Of a stretch of 64,000 nt of DNA, positions 1 to 11,380 are shown in pieces. The stretch spans positions 302,149 to 366,148 of the forward strand of contig JAANOX010000014.1 in the NCBI GenBank assembly GCA_020184695.1, read 5' to 3'. Below the pieces are notes generated by a model. It had not been told where the DNA came from, searched no databases, and saw nothing but the letters and a program-made list of their open reading frames with translations. The position numbers and the translations under genes are program-made. This DNA comes from Histomonas meleagridis 2922-C6/04-290x. Taxonomy: Eukaryota; Protista; Parabasalia. How positions within the stretch are numbered: position 1 is the first letter of the stretch; every line of letters starts with the position of its first letter.

Positions 1-1
1 A

Positions 2-679
2 TATAAAGTTTCAAAAATTCTTCAATCTGATGCAATTGCTAACGAAATCCACTCTAATTTTATATTTCTTCCTTTGGATGTTTCTTTTCCTGAAGGATGG
101 CATTCAGCTTGTGATCTTAAATTTACCGAGATTCCAATGATCGCAATCGTTAGACCAGAAGGCACAACATTGAATGAATCCCATGTCTTTGCCGAATTTA
201 AAGGAATCATTAGTGAAGATGATTTACTTTCCTCAATTAGAATTGAAAATCATCACAGATCACCAGATGTCGAAATCATTGAACAACAAAATGAAGAGTT
301 CAATGAAGCAATTCGACGAGATACTGAAGCAACAAGAGAAGAAGTCGAAGAGGAGCAAAGAGTTCAAAATCAGCAAGAAGAGGAAAAACGGGAAAAAGAA
401 AAAATCGAAAAAGAATTCGACGAACTTCCCGAAATCGAAGAAGGAATGGACGTGGCAACAATCAGATTCCAGTTTCCGGACAATGTTAGTCGCATTCATA
501 AGTTTCCAAGGGATCAAACAGTTAATCTGTTGTTTGTGTTTGCGAGGAAATTTATGTTCCCGAAGAAGTTCGTACTTGTGACTGGTTTCCCGCAATATAA
601 AATAGATGAAAATGGAAAGAAATTAAGCGACGTTTGTAGAGAAAAGAATTTCATCGTTCATGTGGAAGAAGATGAATGA
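2..679 (+). CDS. UBX-domain protein (UAS-like region + coiled coil + UBX; FAF1/FAF2-like p97 adaptor), 5'-truncated by the window edge
   Basis: Frame is open from base 2 (YKVSKILQSDAIANEIHSNFIFLPLD...). An E/Q-rich coiled coil is followed by the UBX signature TIRFQFPDN...HKF...LVTGFP. Confidence 0.85.
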   Translation, partial: YKVSKILQSDAIANEIHSNFIFLPLDVSFPEGWHSACDLKFTEIPMIAIVRPEGTTLNESHVFAEFKGIISEDDLLSSIRIENHHRSPDVEIIEQQNEEFNEAIRRDTEATREEVEEEQRVQNQQEEEKREKEKIEKEFDELPEIEEGMDVATIRFQFPDNVSRIHKFPRDQTVNLLFVFARKFMFPKKFVLVTGFPQYKIDENGKKLSDVCREKNFIVHVEEDE

Positions 680-900
680 AAACATATTTTTGTGTAACTA
701 AACAAAACTATCTCTTATCGATTTAAGAAATTTGTAATGACAAAAATATATTATCTTTTTGCTCTTGAGTGAATAATAATTCTCATTAATGATCACAGTG
801 TCTCAACATTCACAAGCAATATCGATTGAAGCTCATTTAAAAATATAAAATGATAAATCTCGAGTATGATTATTATTTATACAAAATGGAAATTTTTGGA

Positions 901-1320
901 CTATTTTCGTGAAAGCTTTGACTCTAAAAGGCGGTTGGTTTGTTCGAGTTCTTTGGCTTGCTTTTGGAGTTTGCTTATTTCATTTTTCTGATATACATAA
1001 TTATTTACAAGGCTGCAGTTTGAAATGGATTCTTGAGGTGTTTTGTTAGATTCTAATATTTCATTTTCAATTTTTGTTTGAAATTGATTTCTTCCAAAGT
1101 ATGGTAAAGTAGATATAAAATGAAAATAGTTTTCATCAACATTTCTTTCTGCTGCCTCAGAAATTGCTTCTAGCTCACGAATCTTTGAGCAAAGGTCTGC
1201 ATTTTGAAGTGCATTATTGTTGTTTTTCATTTTAGCCGTTTGTGCAGGTGTCACTTTTTTTGTAATTCGTTTCAAAACAAGAATCATATACAAGATATCC
1301 AGGTTTACGTAATTAAGCAT
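901..1320 (-). CDS. Hypothetical protein with C-terminal coiled coil; probably the 3' part of a frameshifted gene extending to ~1700
   Basis: 139-aa ORF. Coding-like but broken frames lie upstream on the minus strand. No family recognised. Confidence 0.35.
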   Translation of the reverse strand: MLNYVNLDILYMILVLKRITKKVTPAQTAKMKNNNNALQNADLCSKIRELEAISEAAERNVDENYFHFISTLPYFGRNQFQTKIENEILESNKTPQESISNCSLVNNYVYQKNEISKLQKQAKELEQTNRLLESKLSRK

Positions 1321-1849
1321 CCTTCAATGATTTCTTTAACTGTTTTGTCGGTCATATAGTTGATGTATGAGAAGATCCTGCACATTTTTCTTCACTGAAG
1401 ATTATATATAGCACAAAAAAAGTTGTTTCCAGTTTTTTATAGAAAATAACGGTTTGACCAAACAAATTTGTTGTGCTTCACTTTCAAAAGGTGCCACTCT
1501 CCATTATTGCTGAATATGAATATTGAGACTTTTGTCTTTTGTTTTTTGTTATACGAACTATTGAATGTTCTTCATTTTCATATGTTTGATCCCAAATGTA
1601 ACATCCGCGGATGTACTGAGTGAACATTTAAAAGTGTTTCAGCACTAATTATATGTCTGCATTGTAGTGCATATGGTGAATTTATATTTCGCAGCCATGA
1701 AACTATCGAAAATCAAACTTATAAAAGATATATTAAACAGCCAAGAGATTGGAGATCTTGTATTCGATCAACAACTATTTATAAACAACTTTATTTTATT
1801 TTTTATTGAATGCCTTAATCACGTATCAAAAGGTCATTAAGAAAAGTTC

Positions 1850-2700
1850 GTTGAAAACGACAAATAAATCGCCAACAAAATAATCTTATTAATCGCAGAC
1901 AAGCTGCTATACCAGTAACTCCTAGTCAAAACGTTAATTGGAATAATATTAATAGAATTAGAAATGCTAATGAAACCAAACAACAAGAACTAAATGAGAT
2001 CAGAACAAAAGAACATAGTTTTATTGCACAACGAAATGAATTAGACAACAGATTACACAAGCAAAAAAGTACAAGCTATTAAGAAAGCTAAGGAAAAAGA
2101 AGAATCACGTAAATTATTAGAACAATATAGACAAAAGACTTTAGAACTCAATGGTTTAAAAAATCAATATGATTTAAATGAACTTAAAAATAATCGAGAT
2201 ATTCTTATGGCATCTTTAAATGTAATGGATATGAATATACAAAATCAACAAGTTGCTATTGAACAGAGTGGTATTAAAAGACAGATTAATGAATTAGAAG
2301 CAAAAAATACAGAATTAGATCATAAAAAGAAAGAACTACAAGAATAATAGATATGTTGGTGAAACAGGATTAGCTAAATTAGTTAGAGTTAAACATCAGA
2401 ATAATTCAAAAAGAATGGCAATAGATAGACTTAAAAAAAAGTGAACTTTTAAAAGAAAATTATGGATTAAAATCAGACTATCAATTAGCATTATCAACAG
2501 ATGATGTTAATAAAATTGATGAAGAAGAAGCAGAGAGATTACAAGGAATTATTCAAGAAAATGCTATATTAAAAAAGAAAAGTAATAATCTTAATTCTGA
2601 TTATAGTATTTATGCTGAATCAAAAATATTAAATATGATAAAAAACACTAAAATGTTCATTCGAAAGCTAAAATTTTTGAATTCGAGAAAACTCAAGAAG
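1850..2700 (+). pseudogene. Degraded coiled-coil gene
   Basis: Long E/K/Q/N-rich open stretches (NEIRTKEHSFIAQRNELDNRL; KKAKEKEESRKLLEQYRQK...ELDHKKKELQE) broken by frameshifts and stops. Boundaries approximate. Confidence 0.45.
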
Positions 2701-2819
2701 AATTATCCAATTACAAAGATACTAATGAAAACATGAAAAAAGTTATTGAAGAAAATGCTATTGTGAACTTAGAATAAAACGAATGAATGAATTAAAAAAA
2801 TAATAATATTTCCAAATCA

Positions 2820-3783
2820 AAATATTCAGGAAACAGTTTCTAAAATAAAGAAAAAATTAAAATTACCAAATTTGAAATATTTACAAACATCAAATTCATC
2901 ATTGTCAAAACAAGAGAAAATTACCGAAAAATGGGGAAATGTCATATTATAAATATTTAATAATAATTTATTTGCAGGAAGAAGTTTTAATGATTTAACA
3001 CAACATCCGGTTTTTCTATTGATAATAAAAGATTAAACAAGTGAAACGATTGATTAAAATGATCCTGGATGCTATAACATCATCAAAGTTTTATGTTTTT
3101 CCATGATATTTAATTCATTCAAATTATCTGAATTAAATTTAAATCAGATGGAACTAAAATAAATGATGTAACATTACCGCAATGGAGTAAAAATGCTTAT
3201 GATTTCATAGAGGAACATCGTGCATCATTAGAAAGTGATTCTGTAAGTTTAAATTTACCTAAATGGAATGACTTTATATTTGGATATAAACAAAATGGGA
3301 AAGAATCAGTTTTAGAGAACAATACATTTCATCATCATACATCTTAAACAAATATCACGAAACAAGTATTAAAAGATCCAGAAAAGTTAATTTTATACCA
3401 ACAATTTAGTAAAAGTTTTGGTACAATCCAAAACAAGTCTTTAAGAATTCACAACCAATGAAAAGTAACTTTTCTACAATTAATTTTATCTTATCATTAC
3501 TTACACCAACATTACAAATTGAAAATATTTTGATATGGAATGTCCTTAAATAAAATCGAAGAATTGGAAATTCAAAGTCTGAAAATACGATGGTGTGAAA
3601 TGATCATTGCGCATAAGGATTACGTGTTGTCAGTGTCCGACTTAAATAACAAGTTGACATTGATAAGTTTGCCATGTTTGAGGATTTTAAGGACATTCTA
3701 GTTACAGGACGCAGTCGTAACGATGTACTTCGACTCAAGAACAAATGTACTCAATAGATTTCCATTAAACTTTAAGAGTAAAT
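2820..3783 (+). pseudogene. BEACH(-WD40) domain pseudogene
   Basis: Manual translation gives TEKW...FAGRSFNDLTQHPVF and LPQWSKNAYDFIEEHRASLESDSVSLNLPKWNDFIFGYKQNG, both BEACH motifs. Internal deletions and stops; WD40-like remnant at 3540-3783. Confidence 0.85.
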
Positions 3784-4163
3784 AATATAATGAATAATAA
3801 TTAATTTTTTATTGTTATTAATTTTTCATAATATTTTTCACAAAAATTATCATCAAATTATATGAAAATCATGCAATGAAATATGATATAAAATATTCTA
3901 TTTATCAAATATTGATTCATATATTTTATATTAATCAAATTTCATGCGTTAATAATAATGTATTAATAGTGGCTCCAAGTTATTATTCACATCAATTGAA
4001 ATTGCAAAATCGATGTATAGTTAGTACAATTGAAAGCTGTTAGGGTCTCTTATGTGATTTAACATTTTTGCAAAGCATCCGTTTACAATTTGAAACTTAA
4101 CAAATGAAATTTAATTTTTATAACTCAAAGTAATTACAAAAAGATATTAATGTTTAATGTGTT

Positions 4164-5729
4164 TTAAAACATAATTTCGTTTCTAAAAGAATTCAGCCTG
4201 TAATTTCCATCGTATACAAGGAGTGTATTCCAAAGTATCACCGACGCTACAATCAAAATGAATGTTGGCACGATGATGGCCACTGCTGAAACATTTTTGA
4301 AGAGTTTCTTTGACCTTTCTCGTTCACTGCAATATTCGCCATTGTATTCACTTTCGCAAATACATTTGTTATTGTACCACGTGCCATGAACGCACATCTT
4401 TTTGTTGTTCTGTGCTTGGATCCATTTCACAGCATGCGAAATTAATTTTTCTCTTGCATCAGTAATTTGTGCTGTTTCGTTGAACTTTTTATCCATCAAG
4501 TCTTGGTTAATGAGGCTGTAGTTCATTTGCTCTATATATAATTCGTTGTATGAGTCACTTTTCACATTGGCCATTAGAGAATTATATGCTCCATATGGAT
4601 CAACAGTGAAAATGGCATTGGATATCTGTGGCGAGTTACCATTGTATTCAATGTTATATAGAGAAAAGTCACCAATTTTGGATTTGCCAAAGAGATTTTG
4701 ACATATGTTTTCATAAAACTTAGAATCCACTAGAGGGGATCTGAAAAATATCGAGTGGGCTGTACCTTGAGGTGGTGGAACATGGAATCTTCCCAAATCA
4801 AAGCATCGAAGATGCCATGTTGACTTAACGTTCTTTTGATTGTCGGTTAAATCGGTTTCGTTCAGAAAAGTGGGATCGATTTCGGTTTGTGTTAATTTGA
4901 GGTATTCAAGTGTTGAGTTGAAGTAAGCCCCATACACGCGTGGAGTAAGTTGTAGTTCATCGCAAATTTTATCCATATAATGAGTGTCTTCGTTGATTTT
5001 GTCGAGCTCCCCGAAAAATTCGGAGATTAAATAAAATGCTGTGGAATCATTGATGGTTGGAGGGAGGCCAAAATATGAGAGGGAGGCGCTCCTGGTTGAA
5101 TAGTCTCCAAAAGAAATAGATTTATTGAGATCATAAATTAAATTTTGTATTTGCTCAAAACAGCTTTGATCCCTTTTGTAAAGTCTGTAGATAATGTTGT
5201 AGTCGTAGTCTGCAAATGTTGTCTGGAATAAGAGAGGAGATAACGAGGACCAAGAAGATGAAATATATTGTGGATATTTCGTTCGAAGAAATGAAGCAAT
5301 GGCTCCTGCATCTCCACCACCAATGACAAAGTTATGAGATGAATTTGGAAATAAGGAATTAACAATGGAAATGACATCAGCCATAATTTCATTAATTGAT
5401 AAATAACTCATATTTTCGGGTGAGTATACATCAAATGGTCTAGAATTTCCAAAATATCTGTTTTCTATTGTTAATAAAGTTGAATTTGTTAACTCTGCAA
5501 TTTTTGTTGTGGTTGAAAAAAACGGAGACTCTGTATTAAGCTTCCAAAGATCTGATATTTGGATGACAACTGTGCTATTTGGATCGCCATTCGAAAAACG
5601 ATCATCAATAATATAAGTTTGATTAAATTTCCCATTAGCAGTGCTGCGGAAGTGGCTTATATCTTGCTGAAAAGTTTTCACTTCAAAAGAACTTGCATGC
5701 GTAAGAATAAGAAGAAGCAAGATATTCAT
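4164..5729 (-). CDS. Peptidase S28 (serine carboxypeptidase) family homolog: signal peptide, EGF-like motif, C-terminal TM; catalytic motif degenerate
   Basis: FQQDISHF, FNQTY, IENRYFGNSRPF, ASFLRTKYP and WSSLSPL match S28 motifs. CVHGTW...CICESEYNGEYC is EGF-like. Hydrophobic C-terminal segment. Confidence 0.85.
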   Translation of the reverse strand: MNILLLLILTHASSFEVKTFQQDISHFRSTANGKFNQTYIIDDRFSNGDPNSTVVIQISDLWKLNTESPFFSTTTKIAELTNSTLLTIENRYFGNSRPFDVYSPENMSYLSINEIMADVISIVNSLFPNSSHNFVIGGGDAGAIASFLRTKYPQYISSSWSSLSPLLFQTTFADYDYNIIYRLYKRDQSCFEQIQNLIYDLNKSISFGDYSTRSASLSYFGLPPTINDSTAFYLISEFFGELDKINEDTHYMDKICDELQLTPRVYGAYFNSTLEYLKLTQTEIDPTFLNETDLTDNQKNVKSTWHLRCFDLGRFHVPPPQGTAHSIFFRSPLVDSKFYENICQNLFGKSKIGDFSLYNIEYNGNSPQISNAIFTVDPYGAYNSLMANVKSDSYNELYIEQMNYSLINQDLMDKKFNETAQITDAREKLISHAVKWIQAQNNKKMCVHGTWYNNKCICESEYNGEYCSERERSKKLFKNVSAVAIIVPTFILIVASVILWNTLLVYDGNYRLNSFRNEIMF

Positions 5730-6223
5730 TTTGCAGTTATCGTTTCAAAGAAGATGGCGGTTATACGATGGAACAAAAAATCGATAAATATTAAAAAAGT
5801 CATTATAGTACAACAAAGCTAAAAATATCAAAAAGCTATTAAAACGCTTGAAGAATGCAAAGGCCATAAAAATGTGTACATAAATTTTCATGATGCTTAA
5901 TCGAATTTATATGTAAATAATCATGAATATGATAACAATAATATATGGTTTAATTATCTTATATAGTTTCTCAATTTCTATATAACCATTTAGATGCATA
6001 CTTAAGTACTGTTCTAAATAGTTTTAATAATTTTCAATATGAAATATCGAATTGTCAGGGCAGATGAGATGGGTTGAGATATCTCAAGCATTACATCACT
6101 TTTATCTTGTTCAAGAGTGATTTTTCTTTTTTAGATGTAATTATAAGTGCTGTTCTAAATAATTTAAATAATTTCCAAATATCGATTTGCCACAACAATT
6201 TCCTTTATCTATATCTTTATTTA

Positions 6224-9200
6224 TTAATATCTCTTCCACATTTCGTCTTGTTGTCTGTAATCCTCTTTATATTGATTCGGGTCCTCATCTTGCTGTTGCA
6301 TGTTTGCGATTTGTGCCATTGTTAATCTTTTTTCGTTTGCCGGCTTTTTAATTTCTATTTCGTCATCTTTAAATATTTCTCCAGCGTTACCTTGCACGTC
6401 TTCATTTTCGTCGTTGATGATTGCTTGCGCGACTTTTCGTTTTTGTTTTTGTGTTTCCAAAATTCTGCTTTCGATTGTTTCATCTGTAATTAAGTTGAAC
6501 ACTGTGACTTGTTTCGTTTGACCCATTCGATGAGCTCTCGCAATCGCTTGGTCATCGTCAGTGAAGTTCCAACTGTTTTCCATAAATATTACGATGTTAG
6601 CGACTTGTAAATTTAATCCTAATCCACCGACAGATGTGGTCAACAATAATATGTCGGGGCCATCTTCTTTGTTAAAGTTATCGATGATTTTATGTCGATC
6701 TCGTTCAGCTACATTACCATCCAATATTGTATAAGTTAAGCCTTCGATTTTCGATAATAAAATTTCCACTGTAATTTCAATTGTTTGAGTTGACTGTGTA
6801 AATATTAAGACACGATTACGCATTGACGTTTTACCACCACCAAAACCTAATCGTGATAATAATAATGATTTCAATTCTTTAAGTTTCGCCGAATATTCTA
6901 ATAAATGTGGTATCGACGGATCGACTAAACATGGATGAATACATAACTTTCGTTCTTTCTTCATCTTGACAAATGTATGTTCATTAATTTCGTCATCTGA
7001 ATTGATCGCATGTTTAGAACGAATACTTTGTAATACTTCTCGTTGCTTATCAGTCATCTTAAAAACTTCATCATAGATAACCTTGGGAGGTAACTCTGAC
7101 ATGACATTGATTTTTAAACGTCTCATTATAAACGGTAGCACTTGATTGTGTAAACTTGTCAATATCTGTTGGCCCAATTCAGTCTCGAGTTCAGTCGCTT
7201 CTGGCTTAAACATCTTCTTGATTGGGCGTTGATATTTGGTTTGGAACTCTTCTTTAGTACCTAAGAAGCCAGGCATTAAGAAATCCATTAAAGTCCAAAG
7301 TTCAGTAACATTATTTTGGATGGGAGTTCCTGTTAATATTAAACGATGTTGTGCAATAATTTGTACTACAGCCTCGGAAACTTTTGTCGATTTGTTCTTA
7401 ATAATATGACCTTCATCTAATACACAATATACAAATTTCCTTTGTCTTATTATTGGTATTAAATTCCGAACGTTCTGATATGAAATAATTAACAAACCAT
7501 TCATCATATGAAAGTTTTGTACGTTTAATTCCGTTTTCGAGTAAATTGGATTCACATTAATTTGTGGATAAAATTGTTGCGTTTCAGAAGCCCAATGATG
7601 TATAATTGAAGACGGACAAACAATGATACTAAATGCGGAGTTAGAATTCGTTTCAAAATTTTCTTTTGTATGTGCATTCGATATAACAGATAAACATTGA
7701 AATGTCTTACCTAAGCCCATATCATCAGCTAAGATACCATTTAAACCATATTGGTATAAGAACCATAACCAATTAATACCATTGACTTGATAATCTTTAA
7801 TTTTCCCATTTGGTATTGATTCGAAGTTTGGTAATGGGTTTAATATACATTTTGGAGCTTGACTTATATCGAACAATGGCTTTAAATATTTCATTGATTT
7901 GATTTTAGCGTTATGTAAATTATCGGGGAATATACTTAAGTCGCCATCATCCAAAGGCAAAAGTTTAACAATTTGTGCTAATGAATGTGAAGCCATTCTT
8001 CGGATATAATCTTCTTGATTAGCGATATTATACATACAAGTTTCCACAAAGAACGACGCCCATTTTAATAATTTATCTGATTTGACGTCGAAATTTGTTA
8101 ATAATAAATCAATGAATTCGATACAACTTGCAGATAATTTATGTGTATTATCTTGGATAAATAAAACAAATAATGTTAAAAATTGGGAATAATTCTCCAT
8201 TTGACAATAACGATTTGCAATGAATGCTGAAAATGAACCAAAATATCGTTCAGCATTTTGCATTGTATCGATTAACATATATAAATAATTATTTGGTATT
8301 TTCATTTTGGATTCGACACAATAATAAAATTGTAATAATGAATGAATTGATAATAAGTTTTGTGGTGGTTTATATACTGCATTAATTGATATTAATTTCG
8401 ATGTTATTATAATCGGATCACTTTTTATAGTTTTAATTAGTTCTGAATAATGATCAGAATCTTTAAAATTATCATATATCGATTGTTCATTCATTACATT
8501 ACGAAGTATTAATTGTGATATTTCAGAATCACTTTCAGATTCTTTAAGATATCGTCCAACATATTTACAGACAAATAATCGAATCGATGAAAAAAGTTTC
8601 GACGTTGATATTAAAAATTTGTCTTCGATAATTTCCGATGTTTTTAATGTGAATAAACTTAATAATAATCGTAATGGGTCTTTGCTAAAGATATTTGGCT
8701 TAATTCCATCGAAGATTGGAGTAGATGTATCATTATGTAAACATAAAATAATGATAAAAGCAACACTCCAAATCGACTTACAATTCTTAAAGACTGGATG
8801 TTCATCATTAACTTCTAAATAATGTGCTAACTCAATTAATAATGGCATAATGTTTGGTAACTTTTGGATATCTTCGGCTAAATAATCACAAACTTTGACT
8901 GCAAATGTACTATCAAAATAAATACCGCGATATCGCATTAATTCTTGATATTTGTTAATGACATGGATTGATAATGAATATATTTCTTTGTCACGTTCAT
9001 TTAATGAACAATTAAATAATTGTAAAGTATATTGATGAAAATCAAAATCTTCATATACTTCATGATCCTTTAAAGAAAATAATGACTCTAACAATAAATA
9101 AGATGCTCTTCGTGTTGCAATTGATGGATATTGACAATGCGTGACGATAGAAAAAGTGTCTTCGTCAATAAATTCTGAAAATTGACACTTTTCAATGATG

Positions 9201-10159
9201 ACTTTTAAGGCTTTAAGACATGGATAATTATATGGATCGATGTCTTCCGAATTGATAAGAAGTTCCCAGATGCCAGAAGTGATTTGATCAATTTGTGAAA
9301 AATATGGTAAGATTTTCATTACAGCTTTAAGCGCTGCTGCAGTGACTTCATCTGCATCACCAGCTTCACTAAAGGCTTCAAAAAGACGTGGCTGAAGCCA
9401 ATTTGGATCAATACAATTTTTATCAACTTTAAGCATATGATGAACAACAATCCAAAAAGATTGACGAAGTCCCCAATCATCCGTAGATTTACGAAGTCGA
9501 AATTGTTCTAAAATATCTAACCCAGATTGAACATTTTGCATTAAACATCGAGCTAATAAATGTGAAGCAGGTTCTACAACAGGAAATACAACCATGTCAC
9601 CACTAAAGTCTTTAAACCGGTCAAGTGCTAAAAGAGTAAATACTCGAACTGATAAATCTTCTAGATAATCTGAAGGAACATGTGATTGAATAGATCGAAG
9701 TAAACATTGTACCGCACCATGTCTGAATTCCCAACGTTGAGAAGTTAGTTTTGGAATCATATCTTCTGAAATTTGACACAATTCGGATAACCTTGATTCT
9801 TCATCAACATGAAAAGAGGGTATTGAGGTTGATGTACCACGTAATAGTGGTTCACATTTTTGTATGATATCTTCTAGATTAAATGATTTTAGTTTCATAA
9901 AAGGTCGATTTACATTCCATGATTGAAAATTTGGACGAGATAATGGAATTAAATTTTCAAGAGCTATTCCTGCAGCTCTTCTACACTCAAAATCATTGTC
10001 TAAAAATAGTGGATACAATTTAAATAAAATGTATGATAAGTCATATGAAAATTCTTTTTGAAGGTGACCGATTTGTATGGCAGCAACAGTTCGAATTGCT
10101 CTTGTCTTGCCTTTGTGTATAAGATCAATGAGACGTTCGAATTTGTTTTTCTTCGCCAT
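6224..10159 (-). CDS. MOT1: Mot1/BTAF1 TBP-associated SNF2 ATPase
   Basis: N-terminal HEAT region (IRTVAAIQIG, WEFRHGA, LDRFKDFSGDMVVFPV). SNF2 motifs GILADDMGLGKT, LDEGHIIKN, LTGTPIQNN, LLTTSVGGLGLNL, QAIARAHRMGQ. Confidence 0.93.
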   Translation of the reverse strand: MAKKNKFERLIDLIHKGKTRAIRTVAAIQIGHLQKEFSYDLSYILFKLYPLFLDNDFECRRAAGIALENLIPLSRPNFQSWNVNRPFMKLKSFNLEDIIQKCEPLLRGTSTSIPSFHVDEESRLSELCQISEDMIPKLTSQRWEFRHGAVQCLLRSIQSHVPSDYLEDLSVRVFTLLALDRFKDFSGDMVVFPVVEPASHLLARCLMQNVQSGLDILEQFRLRKSTDDWGLRQSFWIVVHHMLKVDKNCIDPNWLQPRLFEAFSEAGDADEVTAAALKAVMKILPYFSQIDQITSGIWELLINSEDIDPYNYPCLKALKVIIEKCQFSEFIDEDTFSIVTHCQYPSIATRRASYLLLESLFSLKDHEVYEDFDFHQYTLQLFNCSLNERDKEIYSLSIHVINKYQELMRYRGIYFDSTFAVKVCDYLAEDIQKLPNIMPLLIELAHYLEVNDEHPVFKNCKSIWSVAFIIILCLHNDTSTPIFDGIKPNIFSKDPLRLLLSLFTLKTSEIIEDKFLISTSKLFSSIRLFVCKYVGRYLKESESDSEISQLILRNVMNEQSIYDNFKDSDHYSELIKTIKSDPIIITSKLISINAVYKPPQNLLSIHSLLQFYYCVESKMKIPNNYLYMLIDTMQNAERYFGSFSAFIANRYCQMENYSQFLTLFVLFIQDNTHKLSASCIEFIDLLLTNFDVKSDKLLKWASFFVETCMYNIANQEDYIRRMASHSLAQIVKLLPLDDGDLSIFPDNLHNAKIKSMKYLKPLFDISQAPKCILNPLPNFESIPNGKIKDYQVNGINWLWFLYQYGLNGILADDMGLGKTFQCLSVISNAHTKENFETNSNSAFSIIVCPSSIIHHWASETQQFYPQINVNPIYSKTELNVQNFHMMNGLLIISYQNVRNLIPIIRQRKFVYCVLDEGHIIKNKSTKVSEAVVQIIAQHRLILTGTPIQNNVTELWTLMDFLMPGFLGTKEEFQTKYQRPIKKMFKPEATELETELGQQILTSLHNQVLPFIMRRLKINVMSELPPKVIYDEVFKMTDKQREVLQSIRSKHAINSDDEINEHTFVKMKKERKLCIHPCLVDPSIPHLLEYSAKLKELKSLLLSRLGFGGGKTSMRNRVLIFTQSTQTIEITVEILLSKIEGLTYTILDGNVAERDRHKIIDNFNKEDGPDILLLTTSVGGLGLNLQVANIVIFMENSWNFTDDDQAIARAHRMGQTKQVTVFNLITDETIESRILETQKQKRKVAQAIINDENEDVQGNAGEIFKDDEIEIKKPANEKRLTMAQIANMQQQDEDPNQYKEDYRQQDEMWKRY

Positions 10160-10729
10160 TTTTAAATATTGAGAGACTTTGTTTGATTTAATGTTACTTC
10201 ATGTAAAAAGTTGATCAACTAACCAACTTCATATCCTTACATGTAATTACTAAAATTTTTTAATATATATTGTGTCTAATTTTGTTTTCATTTAAGTAAT
10301 TAATTTTTGTGAAAATAGATCTTTTGATTTTGAGATGTATTTCATTGTTTTATGAAAAATGTTGTGATAATTCTATTTATTAATGACATTAATATTCTTA
10401 TTGTTGAGTTAAGAATAGGATATAAATATGTTGTATATGTTATGTTATATATGTGTGATTTTCCCCTAGATAAATCTTGGTGTTCTTAACTTTTTGAATA
10501 CATTTTACAGAATGCAATTCGTGGCAAAAGTGACACTTATCATTGACACTTTTCTTCACACATAAATAAAAATATAAATATCTTGCTTAGATCATTAGCC
10601 CCCTTGGGAACGATCGAATGGTATGAATATAAATTATATCTTAATAATAAATATCGAATATTATTTTCCATTATGAGTTAGAATATTTGCCTCAAAATAT
10701 TGAGCTATTTAAATAGGTAAGAAAATTCA

Positions 10730-11380
10730 TTAAATAAGAAAAACACAGAGATATCTCTGATAAAAGTATAGAAAAATATTATATGAAAAAAATAAATAAA
10801 AATTAATTTTATTTACTAAATAAATATTAAAAATGGTATTAAAATTAAAAATTATTATAATAAATTTTAAATAAAACAAATAAATATCTTTAGCATTAAT
10901 ATCAATTCCTTTTTGTTCAAGAAGTAATTTAACTATTTCTGTATGACCTTTATAAAATGCCCAAATAAGTGCTGCATAAAATAAATTAAATAATTTCCAA
11001 ATATAATTTTGAAATAGAAAATTATTAAAATAAATATAAAATAAAAAAATAAATATCTTTAGTATTAATATTAATTCCTTCTTGTTCAAGAAGTAATTTA
11101 ACTATTTCAAAATATTCATTTTCTAATGCACGTAAAAGTGCGGTATCAAATAATTTAAATAATTTCCAAATATTATTTTGAAATATCAAATTATTAAAAT
11201 AAATATCAAATAAAACAAATAAATATCTTTAGCATTAATATCAATTCCTTCTTGTTCAAGAAGTAATTTAACTATTTCTATATAACAATTTCTAGATGCA
11301 TACATAAGTGCTGTCCATAATATTTTAAATAATTTCCAAATATTATTTTGAAATATAAAATTATTAAAATAAATTTGAAA
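10730..11380 (-). repeat. Inverted orphan fragment of a spacer-interrupted ankyrin array (3 modules)
   Basis: Minus-strand modules TALMYAS.., TALLRAL.. and AALIWAF..EIVKLLLEQ.GI.IN.KD start at 11314, 11144 and 10975 (periods 170 and 169; the latter has a T-run one base short). Same spacer family as 17713-18571. Confidence 0.85.
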
